This document shows positions 1 through 13,310 of a DNA stretch of 64,000 bases, one piece after another. The notes below the pieces were generated by a model. The model saw only the letters and a list, made by a program, of their open reading frames with translations. It was not told the origin of the DNA and did no database searches. The stretch lies in assembly GCF_018350175.1 (NCBI RefSeq), contig NC_058368.1:135224001-135288000 (forward strand), read 5' to 3'. Both the position numbers and the translations under genes were made by a program. Every line of letters starts with the position of its first letter. Within the stretch, counting starts at the first letter, position 1. Origin of the DNA: Felis catus. Its lineage: Eukaryota.

Positions 1-79
1 TGTTATTATTACCTCTGCTAAGGGAATCGTGAAGTCAGGAATCAAAATAAAAAAAAATAAGAAGAATATTATTAACAAT

Positions 80-258
80 GATAAAACTAGAATTTGAGTG
101 TGAGTCTGGGCACTTTACTAATTGCTTTAAATACAGTAGTTCGTTCCAATCTCAATTCTATAGATAAGGAAACTGTTCCTTAGACAAGCTGAAAAATTGC
201 CTTAAATGCTGTTAATGATTTTCCCGGAATATGAACCTAGGTATCTCAGACTCCAGAA
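80..258 (-). mobile_element. MIR SINE remnant
   Basis: Degenerate MIR core (..tatagataaggaaactg..gaacctaggtatctcagactccaga); approximate boundaries. Confidence 0.6.
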
Positions 259-1429
259 TTTACAGTTATTCTGAAGGAGACATTAATCATCTATAGATTA
301 AGGAGAAATAAAGAAAAGGAAAAGGTTTAATTTTATGGGTGAGCTCCTTTACTCTTTTCCCAACTAAGAAAGGTGAAAGTCCACATTTTAGAGCAAAATG
401 GCCAGTATCAATCATTTCACTTAGCCACGTCAGACTTTTATAATAAATGTTTTGGCTAAGTGTAAGGTCACTCAATGTCAGTTCAATACCCTTTAACAGG
501 GAGCTAAAAGTCAATCCTGCCATCTTGAGATTTATCTCTGATGAACACTAAAATTGCTTGGTTTTCTATTGATTGAGCATTTGAGATACAAGAGCTCGAG
601 AATTGGCTGCTATTTATTTGATGTGCCCCTGTATCCATTACACTTGGAGGAGTGTTAGCTGCTGTTTTAACACGTCTTGAAGCTTCCCAAATCTGTCTTT
701 CATAATTGTGTGCAAAATGTCACTTGTTTGGAAAATGGAAGTAAATTGTGGGCTACTCTTTCCCTACAAGTGGATATTCAGAGATTTTATTAATGCAAGC
801 TATTAGCCAGGTTAACTGTGCCTGTCCCATCTATAGGGGGATGAGGTGGGAGGTGGGCTATGGGTGAGGCATTCTTCTTAGAGGTTCTCAAAGCCCTCTC
901 AAAAGGTTACATCTTCAGTCAGAAGGCTCACATGTTACAAAATATTGGAAGGGGGGGGGTGCCTTAAATTGTGAAATCTGTGAGGGATCTCATTTTTCTG
1001 GAACTCCCTGACATCTGAACCCGCATGCTGCTGGAAGGGTTCCAAGAGCACCATAAAATTAGGGCTGGTCCTGTCTGAACTGAGTCCAAATCATTTCAAA
1101 GTGACTCAAGGCTGGGAAATAAATATTGAACCTAGTTAAATGTTGCTTGAGATTATGCTTGGCACTGGGCATCCAGTCACTGATTTACTCTTTGGTTACA
1201 TGGGTTATTTTGAGCTCCGATGGATATGCCAGGGGAGATTCATTCAATGGCAGCAATTATTTGCAAGCACAGTTGCATTTCTGACACATTTAGCGGAATA
1301 TAATGTAAAGATTTATGAGATGGTATTGGGTGGGTGGAGAAGACATAAAAGTCTTTGGTTTCATGCTACTTGACATTCAGCTTTGCCCCAGTTCTTTTCT
1401 CCTGTTCCTTACCTTCCTTGGTAAACTTT

Positions 1430-1550
1430 GTTCTTTTCCTTTCTTTTCCTTTATTCATTTGTTCATTCATTCATTCTTTCTTTCTGCCTACCCCTCTTTC
1501 TTTCTTTCTCTCCTTCTCTCTTTTCTTTCCTTTTTTCTTCCTTTTGTTTT
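1430..1550. repeat. CT/TTCA-rich low-complexity tract
   Basis: Near-pure pyrimidine run; explains the F/S/L-rich ORFs at 1315 and 1355. Confidence 0.8.
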
Positions 1551-1989
1551 TCAGACATTACCTTATCTTAGGAACAGTAAGAAGTCAGAATCAGGGAAGT
1601 CAAAAGAAAGAGTTCTAATGATCCATATAACTTACCCCAGCCCTTTAAACTGCCAAAAAGTGTAGGGGTAGCTATCTGGAAAAGAAATATTTTAAATGGC
1701 CAGTTACATGTTTTAAAAAACAGACTTTAAAGCAAAGGTGCCCCTTAGCACACCTGCACCATGTACAGCCACCCACCTGCTGAGTTGACTTGTGGCATTT
1801 TCAGAAGGGAACTGTTGTCAGGTTTGGTACATCAGGGCCACAAATAGAAGTCCCTTGCAGTCCCAGCCCTCTGCCTTCCCTCCCTTCAGCAAAAGGAGGA
1901 CACTCCCCAGGGCTGGGCATGATCTTGCTGTGTGATCTGAGGCACTGGATGCTGTGTCCAGTCCCAGCCTGGCCAGGCACTGGAGCAGC

Positions 1990-2215
1990 CTGCGAGTCAG
2001 ACAGAGCCACGTGGGATTCCTGATCTGCACTACATCAACTGTTGACTTTGGACAACTGACCTAAAACTCTCTAAGCTCAGTTTCCTTATTGGTAAAATGA
2101 GGATAGTAAGAGTTCCTGCTTCACAGGGCTATTGGGAAGATTCACTGGGTTGATGCATGTAAAGTGCTTAGTCAGCACCCAGTGTGCAGTAAACAGTAAT
2201 TGGTAGAAATTATCA
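1990..2215 (+). mobile_element. MIR SINE
   Basis: ctcagtttccttattggtaaaatgaggatagtaagagttcctgcttcacagggctattggga...tgtaaagtgctta resembles the MIR core and 3' end. Confidence 0.8.
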
Positions 2216-2836
2216 TAATTCTCCAAATGTCATACCACCTCTTTCTGAAAGGCCTGTAGACTCTGAGCATAGATGTAACCACAGCCCCAGCCTCTACACA
2301 CCTTGGCCCACCGATGAGGCAGCTCAAAGGGCTGGCAGGGGTGGGAGATGGGGGCAGAGCAGGGGGTCCACCATGGCAGTCAGGCAGGAACCCCATCCAA
2401 GGACACATACTTGTTCCTTGGACTACACAGGGGATTCTCTGGCTCTGACCGGTGTCTACATCGGCACAGCCAGGTGTGGGGCCCTAGCCCATACAATTTA
2501 AAGCACAGGTCTTTTTAACTTGCTTATCTCTTGAAAAATTAGACACAAGACAACAGAGTATAGATTAAATCCTGCTAGGAGAAAAATCAATAAGGAATAT
2601 CTGTTCAACAGAGCTCCAGGCTTTGACTGTCTTCTTTCAAGAACTATTTGATCCAAAATAAATAAATAAATAGCGATTTGATCCAACTTAAGTCCAGGGG
2701 CCACCCTTTGCATGTATGTAAGATTTGCTAGTTCCCAATGTATTTCCCTGTACCCTATCTTCTTTGAGCCTTCCCAAAGAAGGGTATTGGTGTTGTTATC
2801 TCCACTTTACAGATAAGAAGCTGATACTCAGAGGGA

Positions 2837-3063
2837 GGGGCGCCTGGGTGGCGCAGTCGGTTAAGCGTCCGACTTCAACCAGGTCACGATCTCACGGTCT
2901 GTGAGTTCGAGCCCCGTGTCAGGCTCTGGGCTGATAGCTCGGAGCCTGGAGCCTGTTTCCGATTCTGTGTCTCCCTCTCTCTCTGCCCCTCGCCCGTTCA
3001 TGCTCTATCTCTCTCTGTCCCCCAAAAAATAAATAAACGTTGAAAAAAAAAATTAAAAAAAAA
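2837..3063 (+). mobile_element. Young feline SINEC inserted in a MIR
   Basis: ggggcgcctgggtggcgcagtcggtt head, (CT)n, AATAAA, poly(A); perfect 19-bp TSD aagaagctgatactcagag at 2815-2833 and 3064-3082. Confidence 0.97.
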
Positions 3064-6000
3064 AAGAAGCTGATACTCAGAGTTTTACGTCAAGTCACCC
3101 AGCTAATACCTGCTTGAGCTCTTTCTTGGTCCCAGGTCTCCTGACCCCAGTGTCCTTTGCATGACACCACTCGGCTTTTTCTACCCACCCACCACAACCC
3201 CTAGTACAGTCACTGCCAGGCACTCATTAGAGATATGCCCAATGCATAGGCTCTGAAGAGGGGCACAAGTTAAATGAGGTATGAAAAATCTCTGGGTTTA
3301 AAATTTAGTCATGAATATGTGCCAGATGCAAAAGGACTTCATGGAAAGAAACAGAGTCCAAGAATTTCTGGAGGGCCCTTCACTGAGGAGTTTTAGGAAA
3401 CAGGCTACAGATGAGGGGTGGCTTACTTTGTGAGCTAGTTGAATGTACACATCACGGTAATTGTAATGATAGTATGTCCCATAGGCCTCAGACATAAAAT
3501 AATAGTCTCACCAAAGGCACAAATGAATGAGGATTTCCCAGAGGTAGATTAGCTCCTGTTCTACCAGCCATGATAAATTATTTCTGCCCTTCCAAACACA
3601 ACACTCGCGGACAGTCCCCGTGTCTTGCTGCTCACATGCGAAGTGGGGAGGAAAGACCTGAGCTGGCCGCAAAGACAGACAAAATGGAACCAGTGATGTT
3701 TGTTCCTCTTCCCCCTTGCCACCACCTGGAAGATGAAGACTGACAGAAATTAATGACTCTTGGTAGCCATGTATGGATTAGTCAACAGAGAAAGCATGAT
3801 TTAAATCAGAGCTACAATATGATTATGTCAAAATGTCCCACAGAGCCCTTTCCCAACCAGACCTGAATCTGTAGAGGTGAGAGTGGACATTCAGGGTGAG
3901 CCAGAGCCTCCACACAGAGTTTCCCAAGCAGCCCAACTCCCTGATCCTGTCACTGTAGGGAGCACAGGGAGACTATCTTTTTTAGGGTATGTTCCAAAGT
4001 AGTCTTCTTTCCTTGTTTTTAGCCCAGAATAAAAGAGGCTCTTTCCTATGCCAAAAAACACACCATTCTCTCCACATGGTGAAAAAAAGCTCAACACCAC
4101 TCCCTCCCTGAGCTAACTGAATTGACGGAGCTCTCTGTAAGCAGTCACAAGACTATAAGTGAAGCCAACTGGAGCATGCTCAATGATATCCACAGATCCC
4201 AAAATTTGATTTCCTTAACGTCTGTAGACAAATCAGCCGGGCAATTGCTGGCAGTGTTTAACTTGCCATGGTGGGTCAGACTAGGAAGCTGCTACAAGTC
4301 CAAAGGCCACCCGGGGAAGGTTCTTGGCTTCTGTCAACAGAAAGATTTCCATGGCTGTTCTGGAGTTGACCCCACCAGCACAGAGGGAAGCCTCTACTGG
4401 CAAGCCATAGGGTTTTTCCAGACGGGTGTGGCCTCCTGCTGTCACCATGACATGCATCTCCACTGCAAACACAGACAACTAAGGTGTCTTCGACCTGGAG
4501 ACCAGGCTGGATGAATGCAGTCAGAACCTCCTTCCCGGGAGCCTTAGTGGGCTTCCTCCCCAGAGGCACTCCTCCTCTTTCCAGTGCAGAATGATGGTGA
4601 AGGGCAGGGGTTAAAAGTTGGGCTGCCAAGACTTGAATCCCAGCTCTGTCCATGTGAGGTTGCGGTGGGGGTCAAATGGCACAGCTGGTGTAACGGCTTA
4701 GAACAGCACCTGAGTCTGAGTAAATGTGGTGTCCTCTCAGATTTGACTTCTGCCTTCCCAGGCACTAGCCCACCCTCTTCCCCTCTCCCCAAGGCTCCAA
4801 CCTGCCTGCCATGCGGGGCCAGTGCTCCTGCTCTGGGCTGCTCCTCCCTTCACCCTTGTGAAACGTGCCTTGTGGAAAAGGGTCCACCATCCACAAATCC
4901 ACCAAGGATTTAATGTGTTGTCCTACCAGGAGCATTTTTATTCCACAAAAGAGCAAAACTTTAGCTACAAGGAGCAAATTCCCAGGAGAGAATCTCAGAT
5001 ATTGTTGGTCTGCAGGTGGAAACGCTTTTTTTTTTTTTTTTTTTTTTTTGGTATCCTGCAGGAAAGTAGTAAAGGATAGAGGAGGAAGTAGACCAGGGCC
5101 TCATAACTTAACAGTGACTTTAGGATGAGAAGAGCACGTGTGACAGTTTTTGCAAGTAAAGTCAAGAAATATGGAAGAGACGATACCAGAAAAAATAGTG
5201 TTGACGGCGACCCAGTATTCACAGATGGGGCCAAGATATGGAGACCCTGCCTGCAGCCCTCACTAGCCCAGGGCTACCTGGCCACGAGGCTGGCCCACAG
5301 GCCAATTGGCTCTGGAGTCTTCGGTGAAAGATGACAAAGCTAAACTTTCACTTCATTTTGCTTTTCATGTATCCAAGGGCACAGGCGACTTGAAGACACC
5401 TTGACAAGTCTGTTCTCTGCAATTTCCTGGGACCAGCACAGCCACATCAATTATCTCTCTATCCCTCTTCACCTCCCTTGCATCTCCTCACACATTCACA
5501 CATACTCCTCCTTTTTCTAGATGAGAAAAAGGAACTAGACAAAACACACACTCTAGAAACTGTGAGTGGCTGGGTGAGGCTGGCAAGGGGTGATCATATG
5601 TGCCCACTGATAAAGGCAAGATGCATCACCAAAGGCCCGCCCCCTGGGCCCTCTGCAAACAGTCTGCCATTTTGCAGGTGGACAGCGACCACCCCCTTCC
5701 CTTCTGCCTCATACTCAGGTCACCATAAGCCTGTGACTGGCCATACAGTGCGAAAAGGAACCAGTCAGAAGGGACTGAAGTAGAATGAGGGAATCCAGGC
5801 ACTGCTGACCCCCACCAGATGGAACATTATCCTCTTGGAATCATAATGGCCTCCCTGAGGCAAGGGGAGCCCGTACCCCCTGCCCATCCACTAAGTAGCC
5901 CATCCAGAGCTCCAGTTCCTGGAGGGAGGACCTTAGCAGGTTTCAACTAACTTCCGCAGCTCAAAGCCCAGCCCATTTCTGTGTAGCTCTGGGCATTTAA

Positions 6001-7084
6001 CAAATGCTTTTAATGATGATGATGCAACCCTCTCAGCCTAGATCTGTCAGGGTCCCCAAGGCATGAAATGGTCCCCTGAGAAACATATATTATCGGAAGC
6101 TTTCCCTTTTGCTTAATTATATTGTACTAATGTTCTTTTCCACAGGATTTCTCCTCCCCCAACTCCTCCACCCAAACCCGGCTTCACTGTGGGTTGGATT
6201 TACATAAAAGACCGGCACATTATAATTGTGATGATTGATCACCGAAGTTTCCTGGGGTTCAGATTGTTTCCTAATGTGGGTCATTTTTCATCATAAAGAG
6301 TCGGCTGATAATGATGTCATTTCCATTGCTTGAATTTCAAGGCACTGGCCACATAACAGAGTTTAAATAACTGTCTATAGGGCAGCAAAATCGTGTCATT
6401 ATCAGTTTAAAGCAGTCTCTGCTTTACTCCTGGGGACAAAACAAGAATCAGGGCCTCCTAAAACTCATCAAACAAGAGCAGGATGCCAGGAATACAAATC
6501 TGTACCAGGAGCTGCGTGGGGAGGGGAGGCAGTGAAGCAAACCTGTTTTGCGTGAAGCTGTGTGGTAAGCATCAGATAAAAACAACAAAGTCATACTTGA
6601 CAGAAAATAAGCCACATTGTTGATCACTGGATACCTTAAGTGTACGCTCCCACAATCATTTAACTGATTCCATGGCAAGATTAACAAGAATTGAAATCAG
6701 TCATGAAGGGGGACTTTGGAATAAAACCCATGTATCAGACAAGCCCTTAAGTGCACCTCCCACTAAGAGAGTGTGCGGGATGGAGCTGGAATATGACCTA
6801 CATTTGTGTGTGTGAAATGCGGTTGTGAAATGAAATGATGCTGTATGTGTGTTTAAAACCAATAGCTGCACCATTAAAATCCCACGGTTTGCAGGTCCTA
6901 AATCAATGCAGCCCCAGACGCTCTGCTTTCTGCCGTTTGCCTCTAACCACCTTCCTGCACAGCTCTGCCTTCTGGAACCCTACAGGACGTCCTGCAGATG
7001 TTAAAAGCTGTCAGCTCAACCCCAGTCCTACCTTCCATGGCCTTTCTCGTTCCGTCCAACATGTGTGCCCTCCCGTGCAATGCT

Positions 7085-7620
7085 TTACTTTGAAAAATTT
7101 CTAACTTAGGAAAAATTGTAAGAAAAGCAAAATGAACACTGCTTCACCTAGATTCACCAGTTATTTCTATTGTCCCAGATTTGCTATATGTACACATACA
7201 TACATATATTTTCATTTCATCATTTGAGAATTAGTTGCTTTACCTAAAAGACGGCACAACACTTCTACCCCTACATACTTCAGGGTACATCTTGAAAGAA
7301 CAAAAAGAGTCTCTTCATTCCACAGTATAGTTACCTTATTCAAGAAACAACACTGATACAATGCTATTATCTAATACATAGTCCTTATCTTAGCTCTCTA
7401 ATTGTCCCTATAAAGTCTTATGTTGATTTAAAAGTGTATGCGTGTATACACATACACTCACATATATTTAAAATATTTAAATTGTTTAATATAATTTAAA
7501 TTGTAGATGTATATATGTAATATATGCAATAAAGAGATCTATAGATACAGATCTATCTCTAGGATTTAATCAAGGCTCTCACATTGCACTTAGTTAATAT
7601 GTCTCTTTACTTTGTTCTCC
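7085..7620 (-). mobile_element. Old L1 (L1MC-like) 3' fragment
   Basis: gaaaaattgtaagaa..atgaacac..cacctagattcaccagtt resembles old L1MC 3' ends; approximate. Confidence 0.6.
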
Positions 7621-7974
7621 TTTTTGCTCTGTTTTGGTTTTGCCTTGTTTTGTCTGGTGTTGTGGTACTGGTTGGATCTTAGCAGTATCAGCATAGACTC
7701 ATTATTTTCAAAAAAATGTATTTGTGAATAAAACGTAGATATGTCAAGAGGACACAGGATCTGGCTTGAAGGAATTCCCACTAGGAAAACAGGCATTATT
7801 TGCACCCCAAAATGGCTAATGAGAGAAATGGCTAGAAGACACTTGGCGGGGGGGGAGTGGAGAATATATTTTGATTTGAAAAAAATAAAAGTGAGAAGAA
7901 GGAGACAGGGGAGCTCTTCTTTAGGGAAGAATAACTAATAACGAAGGAAGGAAATTAGCAAATTACCATTTTAT

Positions 7975-8191
7975 TTTATTTTATTTTTTACGTTTATTTA
8001 TTTTTGAGACAGAAAGAGACAGAGCATGAACGGGGGAGGGTCAGAGAGAGAGAGAGACACAGAATCTGAAACAGGCTCCAGGCTCTGAGCTGTCAGCACA
8101 GAGCCTGACATGGGGCTCGAACTCACGGACCATGAGATCATGGCCTGAGCCGAAGTCGGATGCTTAACCGACCAAGCCACCCAGGCGCCCC
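7975..8191 (-). mobile_element. SINEC
   Basis: Full-length reverse copy; 17-bp TSD gcaaattaccattttat at 7958-7974 and 8192-8208. Confidence 0.97.
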
Positions 8192-8773
8192 GCAAATTAC
8201 CATTTTATAACCATCAAAGTAATAATTCTGTGAAGAACCATCATATCCAGTCCATTTTTACATCTCTTTTCTCCCACAATGAGAACCCAAGCTCCCAACA
8301 AACCCAGTATTTCACCCACTTGTTCAGTCCTGAAATGCACACGTTTTCAATATTGTTACATCATTACCATTATCAGTAGCTTAAGTCAAGTTCAAGGTTT
8401 CTTTGCAATTGGTCCCTTGGAAATATCACACCAGGAATACACAGTCAGAATACTATGCTTAGAAGTGACTCGAATATTTTTACTAATGTGTGATGTTTAT
8501 CTATTTAATATAAACGTACAGTCTTCTTTTTCTGTTTGAACTCAATATCTATCTTTTTTCCATCTTTGTGGATTGAATTTTATTTTTTGGACATGTAGAC
8601 CATCAACAGTTTACAGGTCAAAAGGTGTACTCAAGAGAGGTCCCTATCACTTGCATTTGGTTCTATTTATTCCTGTAGATAACTAATTTCATTAGTGTCT
8701 GACTTATTTTTCTTGTGTTTTGTTTTATAAAAATAAGCAGGTTCAACAAAGGTGTTAAAGCCATTAACATTTG

Positions 8774-9137
8774 ATATCTGTCTTTCTCTAACCGACTTAT
8801 TTCACTTAGCATAATATCCTCCAGTTCCATCCACAAATAGCACATGTTTTCACTCATATGTGGAAGCTGAGAAAATTAACAGAGGACAGTGGGAGAAGGG
8901 AAAAAAAGTTACAGAGAGGGAGGCAAATCATAAGAGACTCTTGAATACAGAGAACAAACTGAGGGTTGATGGGACTGGGGAAAATGGGTGATGGGCATTA
9001 AGGAGGGCACTTGTTGGGATGAACACTGGATGTTGTACATAAGTGATGAATCACGGGAATCTACTCCCAAAGCCAAGAGCACACCGTATACACTGTATGT
9101 TAGCTAACTTGACAATAAATTATATAAATAAATAAGC
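8774..9137 (+). mobile_element. Carnivore L1 3' fragment with 5' inversion
   Basis: 8774-8835 is the antisense ORF2 end (MELEDIMLSEISRLEKDRY); 8833-9137 is the sense ORF2 end plus 3'UTR and A-rich tail; 16-bp TSD (2 mismatches) at 8758-8773 and 9138-9153. Confidence 0.9.
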
Positions 9138-9479
9138 AAGCCATTGATATTTGCATCCCTTTCATCATAATTGTTTTCAAATATTTGGAGACTAGATGAG
9201 AAAATTCCAAAAGTTAAATTCACCCCAAGAACATTCCTGCCCATTTCCTGCTTGGAGCTAGAAGAAATATCTTTGTTTCCTTTACAAAAGATATCAGTGA
9301 AGGTAAACAGTAGGAAATAGGGAGATTGAGGGAGGCCAAGTCCAGCCATGTGACTCAGGGAGCTAAGCACCATCAAATTCCTCAAAACACGTTTGTTTTT
9401 TTTTTTGTCTGAGCAGCAAATGAGAAAGCAAGTAACTTGCCCCTCTACTGATTCTCTTGTCACTGGTATGATCAAAATA

Positions 9480-9760
9480 ACCAGCCAAGCTACAGTACTT
9501 CTTAAGCTAAAAACAAATCTGATCAGATTACTCTCCAGCTTAACACCCTCCCATGGCTCCCCACTGCCTTCAGGATAAACCCCAAACTTACGCAGTCTTC
9601 AGTAGGCTGCCCTCTCTGTGCCATCGCAGGCTCACACAAGTACGCGTGCACACACGCACACACAGGCATGCACACCCTAGTGATTTTCAACAGCTTGGTT
9701 CTTTTCTTACCCTGCTGTTTGCTTTGTTCACACTGCTCCTGCAACTTGAAATGTTCTTCC
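9480..9760 (+). mobile_element. L2 LINE fragment
   Basis: aaatctgatcagattactctccagcttaacaccctcccatggctccccactgccttcaggataaa is typical of L2 3' regions. Confidence 0.7.
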
Positions 9761-10396
9761 CCACAGGAGCCACACGAGTTTCACTTTGATCAGCTCCATG
9801 AAGCAAGTCTGTTCTATGAGCCCTGAGGAAGCCTCTTATACCGCAAGGCTCCCCATCGTCTAAAAGTTGGGAGTTGGGTTTATAACAGAACCTTCTGAGA
9901 TTTCAACTATTTGTCTAACACAAGAGAGGTGTGATAGGAATGGAGTTTGTGAGTTTAACCTTCTTTAACCTTTGAGCCAAGGACAGACAGATGAAGACTC
10001 ATTGCTATGACAATAGAGCACTCAGCCCCAGCCTATAGCATCCTGCACAAAGATACATCTGTGAACCCTTCTGACAGTGAGGTCCACTGTCCCCCCCCCC
10101 CTCAAGTGCCTTTCCTGCCTCAGGCCTCTCCAGTACCCAACCCTGAAAACTTACAGCTCTATCTGCCTCAATCCTACTTCCTTTTTTTTTTTTTTTAATT
10201 CCAACCAGGCTAGCAAATTAACAGTCTTTTGAGAGATCTCTTCATTTGAATGCTTTTCATGCACTCCTACTTCCTGGATCCTACCTCAGACACTACATGG
10301 CATTATAACAAACCCATAAATCCTGATACTTAACCTTGGTCTGGTTCTTTCTATTGTCTTCAACTCCTCCCTCCCATTTGAAGAGATACTATTAGA

Positions 10397-10572
10397 ACAA
10401 TGATTTTTAGGCTTTACTGTGAAAGAGAATCACCTGAGGAATTTCTGACTCTGTTTGCCATGGGTGGGGCCCTGGGATCTGCATCTCCAGCATATATCTT
10501 AAGAAACACAGTAAGTAGACTATCTGGGTGCTTTCTGTCACCCTTCACCCAAACTGGGGCCTCTGAGCACTG
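10397..10572. mobile_element. MER5-like hAT-Charlie remnant
   Basis: agaatcacctgagga..gggtggggccctgggatctgcat..tgagcactg. Confidence 0.5.
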
Positions 10573-11671
10573 GAGATATTCTTTCTCCTAATTACTCAAA
10601 ATGACCATTCACCAGACATGAGGAGTGGAATCCAGGCAATCATTCTCACCAGAACTACCGCCCTCAGCTGGTCCAAGTAGGAACTACAGCTCTAGGACAC
10701 ACTTCAAGTTCTTTATCCCAATTATATTCTTACCCTAAAATAAGTTTTATCTTTGAACTATGTATGAATAATAATATTTTCCACTCAAGTAATGGACATT
10801 ATTTTGCTGTGTACTCATACTCTCTGTTTATTCACATCAACGTGATTTTTATTGGAATAGAATAATAATGCTTAACAGTGTATTTAATGTGTAAAGATAT
10901 TTAGATGCTATGTATATTTAGAATTCAGCACCCATCTTGCAGGAAACAATTCCACTAGCATCCAGCTAATCACATATTCCCTTCCTCAAAAACATAATAA
11001 AATCAAATTGGGCTTGACATCTACGGAGCTGTTGCAAATCAGAATTACTACCACCTGGAAGATGAGTGGCAAATAGGAGGGGTGGACAGTGTCGAAGCCA
11101 CTCGTAAGCAGAGTCTGAAGGAGGGAACAGAGCCAAGTCCAGTCAAAACACAGGATGGCTGGCGATGAGGGGCTGTTTTCTTTTGGCCTTCCAGACATAA
11201 GCATCTTTATGTTTTCTTCTGAAGGTGTCAGAAACTATTTTGGCCAAAAATGCATGTGGTCTTACATGTGTAGATTTTGTTTCAGAGTCTTGAAAAAATC
11301 AGAAGAGATCCTCAAGAGGTAGGTAAGGGATGTGGAAAGCGGAAGTGGAGTGCATGGCATAGCCCGGCTAATGAAGCCTCTGCTCCCCTGGACCACAGCA
11401 GGATCCTGGCATGCCACCTCTCCCAAGAGCAGTACCGAGTGCCGTGGTTAAGTGTGAGGTTCTGGGGTCTTTCTGCTGGAGTTTTACTCTCACTTTGCCA
11501 CTTACCCGTGGTGACCTTCGGTGAGTTAGTCTCTCCCATCCACTTGAAGAGGGATGGTTTTAACTCATACAATTGTGATGATTGACTAAGGACTTGTTTT
11601 CTGCAAGATGGGTGATGGAAAGAGAATTCTAAGGTACACTATCCAAAGACCTTTAAGTAAACACCAGCTAT

Positions 11672-11848
11672 TGTTTTTTATTGTGGCAAAATAAGATATA
11701 ATATAATAATAATAAAATACACCATTTTAGCCATTTTTAAGGGTACAGTTCATTGGCATTAAGTACATTCACGATCTTGTGCGACCATCACCAGCATCCA
11801 TCTTCAGAACTCTGTCATCATCCCAAACCGAAACTCTATTCTCCATTA
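11672..11848 (-). mobile_element. L1MB-like 3' end
   Basis: accattttagccatttttaagggtacagttcattggcattaagtacattcac..cccaaaccgaaactct. Confidence 0.85.
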
Positions 11849-12439
11849 GCTGTTTTTGGTCATGTTCATAAATTCTCCAGCATGGTATCTAACACATGTT
11901 AACTGTAGGCATAACATTAGGGATCATGGGGCTCCATTTTGGCTCTTGAATTTCATTTTTGAGTTCTATTTGGAGAGATTAATATTTCATTGCTTTTTCT
12001 TAGAACTCTTCCAAAGAACAAAAAGAAATTTTGCTTTTAAAAAATAGAATAAAAATCTATCTTGAATTTTTATAAATTTAAAATATATTATGAGATCCTA
12101 GCAATTTCATTTTTCCTGGATCTTAACATATTGTGTAGTTCATCACCTCAGGCATTATTTGAGATTAGTCACCAATTATGCTAAACTATGCTTTTAAAGT
12201 GCTAAGATAATGTGAAATAAAAAAAAATAATGGAATTGCCTAAAAGCTGATACAATAATGAAACTATCATGATTACATAAGCCTTCAGTTTTCCTGTTGT
12301 TGTACTCCAAGTATTGTACCATTTTTCAAGGATTAAGAAAGGCAGAGATACTCCCTTTGTAGTTCTTTTTTAATCTTTCAGTGTACATAGATGAGAATTC
12401 ACAATTTTTGTTCTTTACCCATAAGAGCACAGTTAAGGA

Positions 12440-13310
12440 CATTTACAGAGGAAGATAATTTGCAAGTATTAAACAAATCAGAAGATTAATGCAAAGAGAG
12501 TACAGAAGTAAAATCTCGGATTCTGAGTCTTCAGATGATGATTTCCTAGATGAATTGCCTCAAACTCTCAAATCAATGAGTGGACACTTATTTCTAAGGG
12601 CTGAAAGGAAACATGGTGTTCTCATCGAGTTAGTCACTCAGTAAGAACTTTATCCTGCAGCCTTTTGTGATCAGAACCTGGATGATCCTGTTTGCTAAAA
12701 TGATGTGTGACAATATTCTTTCATCTTTCACGATGAGTGGCTCAGTTGGTTAAGCATCTGACTCTTGATTTTGGCTCAGGTCATGATCTCATGGTTTATG
12801 AGATGGAGCCCCACCTTGGGCTCTACAATGACAGCGTGGAGCCTACCTGGGATTCCCTCTCTCCTTCTCCCTTGCCCCACTCCCCACCACTTGCTCAGGT
12901 GCAGGCATACACTCACTCATGCAGTCTCTCTCAAAAAAAAGTGGATGAAGGAAAATAGATAATGTAAAAAATAAAATTCTATTGAGTTGATTGTTCTAAG
13001 TGATGTTTGTAAAACTGAAATGTTTGCAGTTATGGAGCAAAGAAGTCTGTCCTCTCAACATTATAAGACATCAAAGTTTTCAAAAGTACTACATTTTTGA
13101 CGATAGGACTTCAAGAAGATAAAAGCAGAAGTCACGATAAGCTAAACCTTTTTGAGAAGTATTTGAAATCTGGAATCTGATTTACAAGATGGATATGTTC
13201 CAGAATGAAACGTGACAGCTAATGACTGGTTAATGATGTTCAGAGGAAGCTGCCCATTTTAGTTATACATACCTTCTAAACCAAGAAAACATGGAATTAA
13301 AAAATGGGAT
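12440..13310 (+). pseudogene. Decayed piggyBac transposase (N-terminal half to first catalytic Asp region)
   Basis: FTEEDNLQVLNKSED..SDSESSDDDFLDE; KVLHF/DD; EVFEIWN; LQDGYVPE*NVTANDWLMMFRGSCPF*LYIPSKPRKHGIKKW (N-to-W at 13209-13307) versus the piggyBac motif TxDE..FRGRCPFR.YIP.KP.KYGIK. Confidence 0.85.
12737..12940 (+). mobile_element. SINEC (older, 5' clipped)
   Basis: gtggctcagttggttaagcatctgactcttgattttggctcaggtcatgatctc, short A tail. Confidence 0.93.

Noticed and set aside
836..864. Four G-runs forming a possible G-quadruplex
   Set aside because: Common motif with no supporting promoter context.
1315..1665. Hydrophobic ORFs resembling membrane proteins
   Set aside because: Artefact of a CT-rich low-complexity tract.
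2837..2915. tRNA-like A-box/B-box sequences
   Set aside because: These are the tRNA-derived heads of SINEC elements, not tRNA genes.
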